Translations under genes and position numbers: made by a program
Shown: positions 40,320 to 52,105 of the stretch, piece after piece
Position numbering within the stretch: the stretch's first letter is position 1
Layout: each line of letters begins with the position of its first letter
NCBI RefSeq assembly: GCF_006345805.1
Contig: NW_021831987.1
Coordinates: 94,496 to 158,495, forward strand
Origin: Octopus sinensis
Lineage: Eukaryota
DNA: 64,000 nucleotides
Direction of reading: 5' to 3'
The notes under the pieces: model-generated
What the model was told of the DNA's origin: nothing
The model's database searches: none
The model's input: the letters and a program-made list of their open reading frames with translations, nothing else

Positions 40320-40790
40320 GTCATTGAATATCTCAATGCGACATATCAGCAACTGGAAAAGGCTGAAAAAGTTAAGAGCCAACTCCCTAGAATGAAGACG
40401 TGAAGGAAATGCAGTGATATACTCCTGGAAAATCCTGCGAGATTTGTGCTAAACATTGGCATAAAAATTTACATAAACAGCAGAACAGGACATCACTGCA
40501 TAGTGCCAAGGATCCAAACATTATTATCGGGATACAGCTTTGGATTTCAAGGGCCCACAGCTCTTGAATATCCTCTCAAAAAGCCTGAGAGACCTTCATG
40601 GAGTGGTTGCAGTTGCCATCAATTCAAAACTGGATTTCCTCTAGTTAAAAGTTGAGGGCAGCAACATCAAATTCCCTCATTCACCAAATGCCACATATTA
40701 GGTTATCCCACTTAATAGCAAGGCTCACAGCAGTGCCCCAGCAAGGCCACAGCTCTCGAGCTGGAAAAACTAAACGAATAAAATAATGAT
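40320..40790 (+). mobile_element. Decayed CR1-clade LINE 3' end
   Basis: SMRHISNWKRLKKLRANSLE*RRE..VIYSWKIL and ..GPQLLNILSKSLRDLHGV resemble the CR1 ORF2 C-terminus; ends cagtgccccagcaaggccacagc..aataaaataa. Confidence 0.75.
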
Positions 40791-40961
40791 ATAAAGCAGG
40801 ATAAGGGATTTTACCCTTTGACCAAAAAAACTTGCACTAAGAAGGTTTTCAAACAAAGAAGTAAATGAAAAGTTGATAAAATGGTCCTCAGTACATAACT
40901 GGTATTCATTATTCACATTATTTACATTTGACGGATATTTGTCCTCATCTTGTTTGTTATT

Positions 40962-41007
40962 AACACAACGTTTCGGCTCATATAACCCCCAACTTTCATC
41001 AGGTGTC
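40962..41007 (-). ncRNA. Minimal type I hammerhead motif inside the SINE
   Basis: gacac-CTGATGA-a-agttg..gagcc-GAAACGTT-gtgtt: canonical core, stem I gacac/gtgtt, ACGT palindrome; stem II partly mismatched in this copy. Confidence 0.6.
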
Positions 41008-41058
41008 TTGGGGAAATTTCGAACCTGAGTTCTCCTTCTGAGGGTAGTTTTCCAATGC

Positions 41059-41114
<56 letters not shown>

Positions 41115-41120
41115 TATTAT

Positions 41121-41354
41121 TCAGTAGTTTTATTTTTATAGCGTGCTTTCACTTCACTACCGAGCGCAGCTCTGTGTGCCTTAGGTATGTGCTGTGATTT
41201 GTTGTGATGCTCTGATGGTTATTGTATGGAAAGTGTTCTGCGTAGGATGTGTGCAGTGCCTAGTAGTGCAATTTTCTGTATGTTATATGTGTTTGTAAGT
41301 CCTGGTGTTTTTGTTATGTATTTGTCTGAATATTTTTTTATCATGCCTAATGCA
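41121..41354 (-). mobile_element. Second, short 5'-truncated Dong/R4 3' end
   Basis: Near-identical to 41374-41612; (TAA)n on both sides. Confidence 0.88.
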
Positions 41355-41373
41355 TTATTATTATTATTATTAT

Positions 41374-42648
41374 TCAGTAGTTTTATTTTTATTTTTATAG
41401 CGTGCTTTCACTTCACTACCGAGCGCAGCTCTGTGTGCCTTGGGTATGTGCTGTGATTTGTTGTGATGCTCTGATGGTTATTGTATGGAAAGTGTTCTGC
41501 GTAGGATGTGTGCAGTGCCTAGTAGTGCAATTTTCTGCATGTTATATGTGTTTGTAAGTCCTGGTGTTTTTGTATGTATTTGTCTGAATATTTTTTTATC
41601 ATGCCTAATGCACCTACTATGATAGGAATTGTTTCTGTTTTCAGATTCCACATTCTAGTTACCTCTATTTCCAGGTCTTTGTATTTTGAGAGTTTCTCCA
41701 TTTCTTTTAGAGACACGTTGTCATCTGCCGGTACTGATACATCAATTAGAAAGCATTTTTTTTTCTTCATGGTCTCTGACAACTATATCTGGTCTGTTGG
41801 CCTTAATTTCTCTATCTGTGTGTATCGGCATATCCCAGAGTATGGTTGCTTTCTCGTTTTCTGTGACCTTTTCTGGTGTGTGCCTATACCATCTTTTTTC
41901 TGTTGTTATTCCATAATGTTGGCATAGCTTCCAATGTATGTAAGTTCCAACTCTGTCATGTCTGTGAATATATTCCTTCTTAGCCAGGACTGGGCAGCTA
42001 GAGATAATATGATTTATTGTTTCTTGTCCATCTCCACATATTCTGCAGTTACTTGTAATATTTCTTTTCATTACATGTTTTTGGTAATTTCTGGTGGGGA
42101 GGCTTTGGTCTTGTGCTGCAATTAAAAATCCCTCTGTTTCTGCTTTGAGTCCTGAGCTTCTCAACCATTGCTGGGATTTTTCTTTGTCTATTTCTTTTGC
42201 GTTTAGTTTACTCCAGTATTTACCATGAAGGGGCTTTTCTTGCCATCGTTTTATCATGGTTCGTTGCTGTTCTATTTATAGTTTGGATTTAATTTTTTTT
42301 TATAGCTTTTGTTGTTTCTTCATCTTCTTCTTCTTCTTCTTCGTGTTTATTAGGTGGTATGATTTCTTGTTTGTATTTGTCAGCTTCCTTAAATACTGAG
42401 AACAGTTTTTTGTTTTGCTCGTGTTTTGCCGCTATCTGGATCAGTTTTCCTTCCTTCTGAAGTAGATATTTTTGCAGTCCAATGGTGGTTATTTTATAGT
42501 AGTTTTCCAGCTGTATAAGGCCTCTACCACCTTCTATACGTTGTATATATAGTCTTTCTATGTCAGATTTTGGGTGATGCATCCTAGATCCTGTCATTAT
42601 TTTTCTTGTTTTCCTGTCTATTTTGGTCAGTTCATTTCGTGTCCAGTT
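41374..42648 (-). mobile_element. 5'-truncated R4/Dong-clade non-LTR retrotransposon in (TAA)n
   Basis: ORF pieces ERLYIQRIEGGRGL, WQEKPLHG..ETEGFLIAAQDQ..CRICGDGQETINHIISSC..YIHRHDRV..NRPDIVV, CFLIDVSVP..EKLSKYKDL..PIIVGALG; (TAA)n at both ends. Confidence 0.95.
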
Positions 42649-42727
42649 TATTATTATTATTATTTTATTATTATTATTATTATCATCATCATCATCATCA
42701 TCATCATATCATCATCATCATCATCAT

Positions 42728-42759
<32 letters not shown>

Positions 42760-43417
42760 ATCATCATCATCATCATTATTATTATTATTATTATTATTCA
42801 GGTCACTGCCTGGAATTGAAGTCGGAATCTTGGGGTTAGTAGCCCGCGCTCTCAACCACTACACCATATGCCCGTGGGCATAACTGGTATTGTATTCTGT
42901 AGATCACGAAAGAGTGAAGGAGAGAATTTATATCGGTGAAATTTAAACTCAGAGCTAAAATATCGTAACAAAAAACGTTTTATCGATTCTGCCAACCCAC
43001 CGGCCCAGTTACAGGTTCCGGGTTCAGACCCACTGCGTGGCACCTTGCACAGGTTTGTTCTAATATAACTTCGGAACAACCAAAGCGCTGTGAGTGGATT
43101 TGGTAGACGGAAACTGAAAGAAGCCCGTTATATAACTCTGTGTGTGTATCAGTATGTGTGTATGTGTGTATGTGTGTGTGCGTGTGTGTGTGTGTGTGTG
43201 AGTGTGTGCGTGTGTGTTTGTGTGTGTGTCAGTGTGTGTGTGCGTGCGTGTGTGTGCGTGTCTTTCCGTCTATGCTTGTTCCCCACCACCGTTTGACAAC
43301 GTCTTCGTAATACATACACACACATACATACACACACACACACATACATACATACATACACATACATATATACACACACATACATACACACACATACATA
43401 CATACATACATACATAC

Positions 43418-43448
<31 letters not shown>

Positions 43449-43994
43449 CATACATACATACATACATACATACATGCATGCATGCATGCGCGCGCGTGTG
43501 TGTGTGTGTGTGTGTGTATTAATGTATGTGTGTGAGTGGTTTGTCCCAACACCGAAAGCAAGAATAAAACGTTCTATTTTAGAAGGGTTTAGTCGCACCA
43601 TTACTTATCATTCTAAAGTCTGGTATTGATTGTATCTTCTGCCGAACCGCTAACTTACAATAAATAAATCAAGACCGAGCTTCCTCGCAATTTCCATCTA
43701 CTCATAAGTCATTCGTCAGCCTGGAGCTATAGTAGAAGATACTTGACATGCTATGAAATAGCAGGCAAATATCTCTCAATATCACAGCTTTCCTCATTAA
43801 GGAAGTATAGACAATCGGCTAATGGTGGACACTCCTGTCTTGAAACGACAGACGAGATTTCCGAAATTTTTTACTGAATAACCGGCACAGATGCTTTGTT
43901 TAGAGCGATCAAATGTTTGTGCCGCTCATTAGCGAATTCGTCTCCATCAAATTCTCATTGTTTGTACCTGTGCACGGTGCAGAAATGATCGCCA

Positions 43995-44452
43995 GACGGC
44001 GAGCTGGCAGAAACGTTAGCACGCCGGGCGAAATGCGTAGCCGTATTTCGTCTGCCGCTACGTTCTGAGTTCAAATTCCGCCGAAGTCGACTTTGCCTTT
44101 CATCCTTTCGAGGTCGATAAATAAGTACCAGTTACGCAATCGATTTAATCCCTTTGTCTGTCTTTGTTTGTCCCCTCGATGGGATGGTCTCGGCTAAATC
44201 ACTTTTGATTTTAGGATCCGCTCCATTAAGCGTGACCTATAAGTTTCTTTACTACCTACAAGGGGCTAAACACAGAGGGGACAAACAAGGACAAACAAAC
44301 GGATTAAGTCGATTATATCGACACCAGTGCGTAACTGGTACTTAATTTATCGACCCCGAAAGAATGAAAGGCAAAGTCGACCTCGGCGGAATTTGAACTC
44401 TGAACGTAACGGCAGACGAAATACGACTAACGTTTCTGTCAGCTCAACGCCT
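43995..44452. mobile_element. Two SINE A copies in tail-to-tail inverted orientation
   Basis: Plus copy about 43995-44177, minus copy about 44245-44452. Confidence 0.88.
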
Positions 44453-44662
44453 ATGAAGCATGACCTATAGCTTAACAGCAACAATTAAAATTACGGTCGT
44501 TAATTATATGTAACAACTACCCGAGACGACGATTAGCTATTTAAGTCTAAATGAACTTAGCTTGAAAGTATAAAGTCCCTTAGTGTTTAATACAGCTCAG
44601 TGCGTGTGTCGAGTTACGAACCATTCCCGATTGTACGACTTCCTTTGAGAGTCGATAAAATA

Positions 44663-45078
44663 AGGCTGCGAGCTGGCAGAAACGTTAGCGCGCAGGGCGA
44701 AATGCTTAGCGGTATTTCGTCTGCCTCTACGTTCTGAGTTGAAATTCCTTCCAGGTCGACTTTGCCTTTCATCCTTTCGGGGTCGATTAAATAAGTACCA
44801 GTTACGCACTGGGGTCGATATAATCGACTTAATCCCCTTATCTCTCCTTGTTTGTCCCCTCTGTATGTAGCCCCTTGTGTGTAATAAAGAAATAGGTATT
44901 TCGTCTGCCGCTACGTTGTGAGTTCAAATTCCGCCGAGGTCGACTTTGCCTTTCATCCTTTCGGGGTCGATTAAATAAGTACCAGTTACGCACTGGGGTC
45001 GTTATAATCGACTTAATCCGTTTGTCTGTCCTTGTTTGTCCTCTCTGTGTTTAGCCCCTTGTCGGTAGTAAAGAAATA
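44663..45078 (+). mobile_element. SINE family A dimer inserted in an older SINE A-like remnant
   Basis: Monomer plus headless second unit from 44895; flanking repeat gataaaataag at 44654-44664 and 45079-45089. Confidence 0.88.
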
Positions 45079-46407
45079 GATAAAATAAGCATCAGTGTAG
45101 TCGATGTAATCGACTACCCCCCTCCCGATCCAACACAAAAAATTGCTGGCATTGTGCATATTATAGAAAGGACTTTTTAATCGGCCACCCACAGATTGCT
45201 ATTAACGACTCGGCATTTGTTCAATCAAAGTATTGCACAGTGAACCTCCTTCCTTTCTTCCTTCCTTCCTTCTCTCTCTCTCTCTAATGTAAATATAACA
45301 GTCATTCTAAAGTACTACGAAACATCTTATCCGCTGTACTATTTCTGTTAATAGAGTCAGGCACCAGAGCGAACATCTGTTCTTTGTGATTGAGCTCCTG
45401 CTTAATTACCCGCCATGCAACAACTGCGTCAAGGGTGCAGCGTCAAATGATAATGCAGTCTATTAATGAAAACTGCAACAAGTACATCGCATTGTTGTCA
45501 CTGTAGAGACTCATTGAAATTAATGAGGTTTGGAGTAAAAGATAACCGGAACATAAATGTAATTCCTTGCATGCACAACAATCCAAACAAACCTAGAATA
45601 ACAAGGTACTCTACTCCTCCCACTGGCGGCGCTGTCTAGGTCTTTACCAGACAAGTTGTTTGTTTGTTTGTTCGTTTGTATTTTTGTTGTTTTGTTATGT
45701 TTTTTACAACGGATTGGTATTTAGGAATTTTAATTCCCGAAAACTGCGAGCAACAGCGAAAACGAAATCTGGAAATAAGATGTTAAAGAGAATATTTATC
45801 AGAGGAATTGGTGTATAATAGAATTATTAGTAGAATGGGTACCTTTCAAGCCATGATTGCGCTACATAAAACTTGCCGTTAAGTTTTGGCCTAAATATTG
45901 CAGCGCTGCAACATGATATACTTCACTGCTGGAGTGAGAGTCTGATGTTCTGGTAATATGTCTGTGTCTATAATAAAACAGATCGGTGACAATGGTTCAG
46001 TGATTAAGGAAGACGTCAGTCTCTGGTCTAGAATTTTTCGTCTCGATAATCCCGTGTTGCCTCCTTAAGCGAGATTCTTCATTACAACATGTTACGGTTT
46101 TTCAATCAACTGTGCTGAAATTTACTTCGCAAGAGCCATACTTCTCCAGACGGTACATAAGCCGTTCAAGAATTTGGACCTGGAGATCTCCATTTCCAGC
46201 AACTTCGAGGGCCACCTCCCAGTGGTGTCGGGCGTCAACGAAGAGCCCTCGACTACAACAAGACGACCAAAGTTTTTTTTTCCAAGGTCTGGGGTCTCCT
46301 GCTCCTAAGCCCTAGACCATCACCTAATCACCTTACTCCTCTTGTTGCTTAACAACAACAACAACAACGATGGTACATAATGTAAACTTCAGCTTTCCTT
46401 GTGCTAA

Positions 46408-46975
46408 GTGAAGGCGCATGGCTTAGGGTATTCGGGTCACGATGCTGAGGTCGTGAGTTCGATACCTGGTGTTGCGTGTGTCCTTGTGCAAGACACTTTA
46501 TTTCACGCTGCTCCAATCCACTCAGCTGGCAAAACTCTTTTACTTGTTTCAGTCATTTGACTGTGGCCATGCTGTAGCACCGCCTTTAGTCGAGCAAATC
46601 GACCCCAGGACTTATTCTTTGCAAGCCTAGTACTTATTCTATCGGTCTCTTTTGCCGAACCGCTAAGTTCTACTATAAGCCCGAGGCTTATAGTAGAAGA
46701 CACTTGCCCAAGGTGCCACGTAATGGGACTGAACCCGGAACCATGTGGTTTAAAGCAAGTTACTTACCATACAGCCACTCCTACAAAAAAGTGAATTCTT
46801 TATGTAGTTCAAAGGGCCAGCCTTGTCGCAGTCTGTGTCACGCTCAATCTCCCTTAGGACTACGTGGAAGGTACGCGCTTCTGTGGAGTACTCAGCCACT
46901 TTAATTCCAGGAGCAGACTCACTGTTCCATTCATCGGATCTTCTGGAACCCTTATCGTCGTAACCGACGAAGTTC
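46408..46975. mobile_element. SINE family D (plus) interrupted by a deleted SINE B (minus, about 46535-46780)
   Basis: Head gaaggcgcatggctta..gagttcgat..actcagctggcaaaa resumes at aaaaagtgaattc..gtcgtaaccgacgaag, matching the intact copy at 58670-58985. Confidence 0.8.
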
Positions 46976-47596
46976 GAGTTCACATAGCACTAGGAAAACA
47001 ATCTTTTAAAATAACAATTTATTATGTGTGGGGTGTGAAGACGTGACCTTAAATACCAAATATTGACAGATATCTCCGATTCGGATTTTCTGATAGAAAA
47101 AGTTTTGTTGACGAAAGGAAGAGGAAAATTAGTTACTCTGCCATAAAAAGTAAAAACAAAAAAAAAAATCATTCAGCGTTTCGGACTTTCAACTTTCTTC
47201 AAAGAGAGAAAAATAGGCGTCGGCATAGATGTGTGATTAAGAATCTTGCTTTGCAACTACATTGTTATGGGTTTCAGTCCCACTGAGAGGCATCATGGGC
47301 AAGTGTCTTCCATAGTCCCAGGTCTACCAATGACATATGAGAAAATTTGGTAAACAAGAAACCGTGTGTTGTGAATATGTGTGTCTTACCCAAACACCCA
47401 CCCGCCGTTTGACGTCCCCTCGAGTTGATTTTGTTTCGAATGATTAAATAAGGGCCATATTTAAAATATAAATACTTGGGTCTATTTGTTCGAGAAAAAA
47501 CCCTCTCTCTCTCCCTCTTGATATATATACATATATATATATATGATTGAATAAGTTGGAGTCAACAAGAAGCAGAACAGAGAAGCATTTATTTGT

Positions 47597-47704
47597 AATC
47601 GCTACAGTTGTTTCCACACAACGTAGTTCTCCAGGTTCGCAGGCATTTGGTTACGTAACCGTTTCCCTGCATTATGGGATCTCGTTGTGTCTCATCAGGT
47701 GATA
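47597..47704 (-). ncRNA. Type I hammerhead ribozyme motif with about 75-nt extended stem II
   Basis: tatcac-CTGATGA-gacacaacg..gcagg..ggttacgtaacc..cctgc..cgttgtgtg-GAAACaactGTA-gcgatt: canonical core, GUA triplet, nested pairings; single mismatches in stem I and at the base of stem II. Confidence 0.72.
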
Positions 47705-48049
47705 TTTAGATATTGTTTCTGTCTTCCGTAAACTCAAATCTTCAGCTTCGACCGCATCCTTTCTGTCCGTAGTGGCTATACGTGGTACTAATAACCACTC
47801 GGTATACCGAGATGTGTGTTGTGGTTGAAAGTATGTGGGTGAATCTGTTTTAAATGTATGTATGTATGGAGCGGGGGTGGCCGCTATGCTATGGATGGTA
47901 AGCATTGAGGTTCATACTGACGGGAGTGAGAGTCTATTTCTTTGTTCTGTTAATTCATTCTTCATGGTCAGTTCATTGGAATTGTCATTGGCTGACCTTC
48001 AAGAATTCACTGGTCATTCAGTTGACGAGCTTACATGTACATATTACCG

Positions 48050-48356
48050 TAACCACCGTGACCGACCAGGCTATCAGATGTTACTACAGATCGCAGGTCA
48101 CAATGCGCTCCGCATTGTTTTAGCCTTCAAATGACGTGAGCAAGCCAACAGAAGTGAGCAAGCCAACAGAAGAAAGGGTGAGAGAAAGTTGCAGCGAAAG
48201 AGTACAGCAGGGATTGCCACCACCCCCTGCCGGAGCCTCGTGGAGCTTTAGGTGTTTTCCCTCAATATACACTCACAACTCCCGGTCTGGGAATCGAAAC
48301 CGCGATCCTACGACCGCGAATCCGCTGCCCTAACCACTAGGTCATTGCGCCTCCAC
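48050..48356 (-). mobile_element. SINE family C variant
   Basis: tggaggcgcaatgacctagtggttagggcagcggattcgcggtc head; 18-bp internal duplication gtgagcaagccaacagaa. Confidence 0.8.
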
Positions 48357-48527
48357 ATGTACATATACATCGTTCTATATAGATCTACGTAGATACACAC
48401 CCATATATACACATTCATGCTACACGCATGGATAGCACTGAAGTGAATTGGGAACTTGGACAAGCTTTATACTGCACTCTACTACGTTCTTGACAGAATA
48501 TAACCTAACTTTATGTGTGTCTATGCG

Positions 48528-48578
<51 letters not shown>

Positions 48579-48770
48579 GTGTGTGTGTATGTTTGGGTGC
48601 GTGTGTGGGTGTGGGTGTGATTTAATATGCACAAATTATAAAAGAGGTGTAAATAGTTACATGCTTTAGAGATACAATAAATTGGCAGATTAATAGAACA
48701 TGCTGTGTATCTCCAAGCAATCTTTTAGGATCAGTACTTTTTGTTGACCCTACTTATAGCGTAACTGTAA

Positions 48771-48809
<39 letters not shown>

Positions 48810-49124
48810 AAACTTGATAGAGATGTTATGTTAATGTAATTCAAACTAAAACGTTTTAGAACAAAATTCTACAATTTCTAATCTCAATTAGTAAAATTTT
48901 AAAATTCCTTCGTTCACTGCTTCGGTATTTTAAACTAAAATTCCACAAAGTTTATAATAAATTTAATTTTAGAATTACACGCTGATAATAATTTCGGGTT
49001 GCTTTGAAGATCACGTGATTATAAGGTTTCAATGTTTAGGTCTTAATTAGCATGAAAAGCATGTTTTAATGTGTAGCTGTCGCGATGACAGCAATTAAAT
49101 TAATGTGATGACACTTTTCTTTTT

Positions 49125-49740
49125 TTTTAGGCGCCAAGTCCAGAATATAGGACATGGGTGACCATATCCTGCCACAATTCTCTGTTCTTTGTTCTCTATT
49201 ATAACAGTTCCATTTCTTCCTGATGCTTAATGCCTCTTCCTTCCAACCAATTCGTCAAGCTTGCCATCCATATCCTCCTTCTCCTTCGTCTGATTCTTTC
49301 CGCTTCAGTCCCTCCGGTCATCCCTAAATTCTCCAGGCCCTCTTTCCTCATCATGTGACCAAGAAATCTCAGTTACTTGGCCCTCATCTCACAAAGTTTC
49401 CTATTTACCACAGCCTGGGTCATCACTTCGTTAGACCCTTTTATATGTCCATGCTATCCTCAATATTCACCTTAAGAACCACATTTCCCATCTCCCCGAG
49501 CACCTTCTCATTTCTAATGTTACAAACCATGCCTCACTTCCATATATTAACACAAGGTAGACATAGCAGTCCAATGTACGGATCTTGCTCCTGCTGTTCA
49601 GAGTACGGCATCTCAAGGTGTTATACAATTTTGTGAATGCAGATTTTTACCAGCACTATTTGTCTTTCGATCTCCATCACACATCTTTCGTCTTCTGTGA
49701 ACAAAGTTCCAAGGAAGAGATGACGCTACATGTTCTAAAT
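49125..49740 (-). mobile_element. Decayed RTE-clade LINE 3' fragment
   Basis: Minus-strand peptides ..KIRTLDCYVYLVLIYGSEAW.. and ..LRFLGHMMRKEGLENLGMTG.. typical of the RTE C-terminus. Confidence 0.8.
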
Positions 49741-50285
49741 TTTCTGTAGCGAACACCATCAATGAACAAATATAAAATTCCAGCTTGATCTGCTAAGAAT
49801 AAAAGCCAAATTTCCCTCAACTCACGCCGACTGTCTTTAAAAAAAAGAAGAACGAAAGATACTTTATGCAAGGTAGACTTAGACAACTATATCTTACACA
49901 AAAAAGAGACGCGATGACTATGGTTGTAATGCTTTTCACCATATATTTGCTTGATTATGATTGCTCTGACGCTAAACAGCAGTAGCTGTGTGAATTCTGG
50001 TGATGCAGTTTCGATTTCGACTGAAGCCAATTCACTTCATTTACACAATTATTATGTTTGGGAAAGGCATGAAGGCCCCGATATCTCACTTGTCACCCTC
50101 CCTTTTCCTTCAGAGTATGGTGCTTTGTATTTTGTCTCAAAGAAAGACGATATGTCTAATGTGTATGGCTGCGTCTCTTCTTACTTGCTATTGTTATTTT
50201 AACATTTTCATTTGTGTATTTGTCTGTGTGTGTGTGTGTATGTATAGTTGTGTGTGTGAAAGAGGAAAGAGAACGTGTGAGTGAG

Positions 50286-50322
<37 letters not shown>

Positions 50323-51339
50323 CTTCGAAGAGCTGAAGAAAATGTCGATGCGAAAGCCAGGCGATACAGACAGCTTTCAGGACTACGAGTGCAGGGGACT
50401 TATTACAAAAAGATAGTTTGATAGCAAAATAATTATTTGTTCAATGCAATGACATCTGCTGTTTGTATTTCAAAATAAAAAGAAAAACTGCGAAATAATT
50501 GCCTCCCATTATGTTTAAGCCATAAGTCAATAGAAAAAATTATTTTAAATCGATTTTTTTTTAAAGAAAAAATAAGGCTTTTAAATAAAATTGCTAGGAA
50601 ACATGCAAAATAGTTCTCTTACCCCACACATTCATCATTTGAAACTTAGAAAATATATCCACCAGACCTAATCTGAATTCTAATGATGGCGGATTTACAA
50701 AAATAAACATTGTTTTGTTAGAAATTAAAAGAACTGTTATTTTTTTAAATGATTACATGGGAATATATTTCATGGCTTCTGCATGGAAAATATATAGCTA
50801 AGTGCATTTTAATGGACATAATAGGGTGAGATGAAATTAATTTCTAATCACATGAAATTATAATTGTTATTAGAATTAGAAAAACATCATTAGATAGAAT
50901 GAAAATTGCCATTTGCTTCCAAAATATGAAAGACAGAATTTGTATGGTGTACGATAGAAAGTATGATCATAGAAAAAGTACCTGACCTTAAAACAAAATA
51001 AGTACAGGGGTCAATTCTTTCAACTAAAAACATTTTTCAAGGTGGTGCCCCAGCATGGCCACAGTCTAATGACTAAAACAAGTAAAATATAACAGATTTG
51101 TAGCTGTGGGGCTAAGATTTAAGAAAGAGGAATTTCAAATTTTCATTCGCCCAAGAAGAAGAAATGAAGCTGGTTTTTGATTAGAATAATGATAGCTGAT
51201 GATAATTTCAGCCTTGTTCGAACTTCTCAGCGAAATGTAGCCACTATACTTTTAAATTTATTGCTGTCTTGATTAAGCAGTCCTTGTTATCAAAATCGAT
51301 GAAGCCACAACGAACATTCCAGTTATGCTTCTTTTTATT

Positions 51340-51643
51340 TATTTTCTTTTACTTGTTTTACTCATTGGATCGTGGCCATGCTGGGGCACCACCTTGAATG
51401 GTTTTAGTCGAATAAATCGAGCTCAGCAGTCATTTTTATGTTCGGCTCTGATTCTATCGGTCTCTGATGCTGAACCGCAAATTAGGAGGACGGTAACACA
51501 CGCATTGTCAGGTAGTCGATGGGATACAAACACAGATGTAAATATACACAGCGCACGGACACGCACTCTCACACACGCGCACGCACACACACACACCACA
51601 CACACACACACACACACCACACACACAACACACACACACACAC

Positions 51644-51692
<49 letters not shown>

Positions 51693-52105
51693 ATATATAT
51701 AGGCGAGCTGGCAGAAACGTCAGCACGCCGGGCGAAATGCGTAGCCGTATTTCGTCTGCCGTTACGTTCTGAGTTCAAATTCCGCCGAGGTTGACTTTGC
51801 CTTTCATCCTTTCGGGGTCGATAAATTAAGTACCAGTTACGCACTGGGGTCGATGGAATCGACCTAATCGCTTTGTCTGTCCTTGTTTGTCCCCTCTGTG
51901 TTTAGCCCCTTGTGGGTAGTAAAGAAATATATATATATATATATATACGACTAGATTCTACACAGTTTCCGTCCACCGATTTCAGCCACAATGCATTGGC
52001 CAGCCGGGACTGTAGTAGAAGACACTTGCTCAAAGTGTCACATCGTGGGACTGAACCACGTGACTGCAGATCACTTTCTTAACCTTACACCCACGCTTGC
52101 GCCTA
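51340..52105. mobile_element. Old SINE B (minus) with a young SINE A (plus, 51701-51928) inserted in its (TA)n
   Basis: Family B arms on both sides of a near-consensus family A copy flanked by (TA)n. Confidence 0.82.

Larger units (their letters stand above)
40907..42878 (-). mobile_element. tRNA-headed SINE with internal (TAA)n and a 3' hammerhead motif, interrupted by Dong insertions
   Basis: Head ggtgtagtggttgagagcgcgggctactaaccccaagattccgacttcaattcc (about 42797-42878); body 40907-41057; perfect 13-bp TSD cataactggtatt at 40894-40906 and 42879-42891. Confidence 0.85.

Noticed and set aside
50330-50370. CTGAAGA...GAAA spacing like a hammerhead (also 12650-12700 and 47165-47200 on the minus strand)
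   Set aside because: Stems I and II do not pair convincingly or the core is broken; at most decayed remnants.
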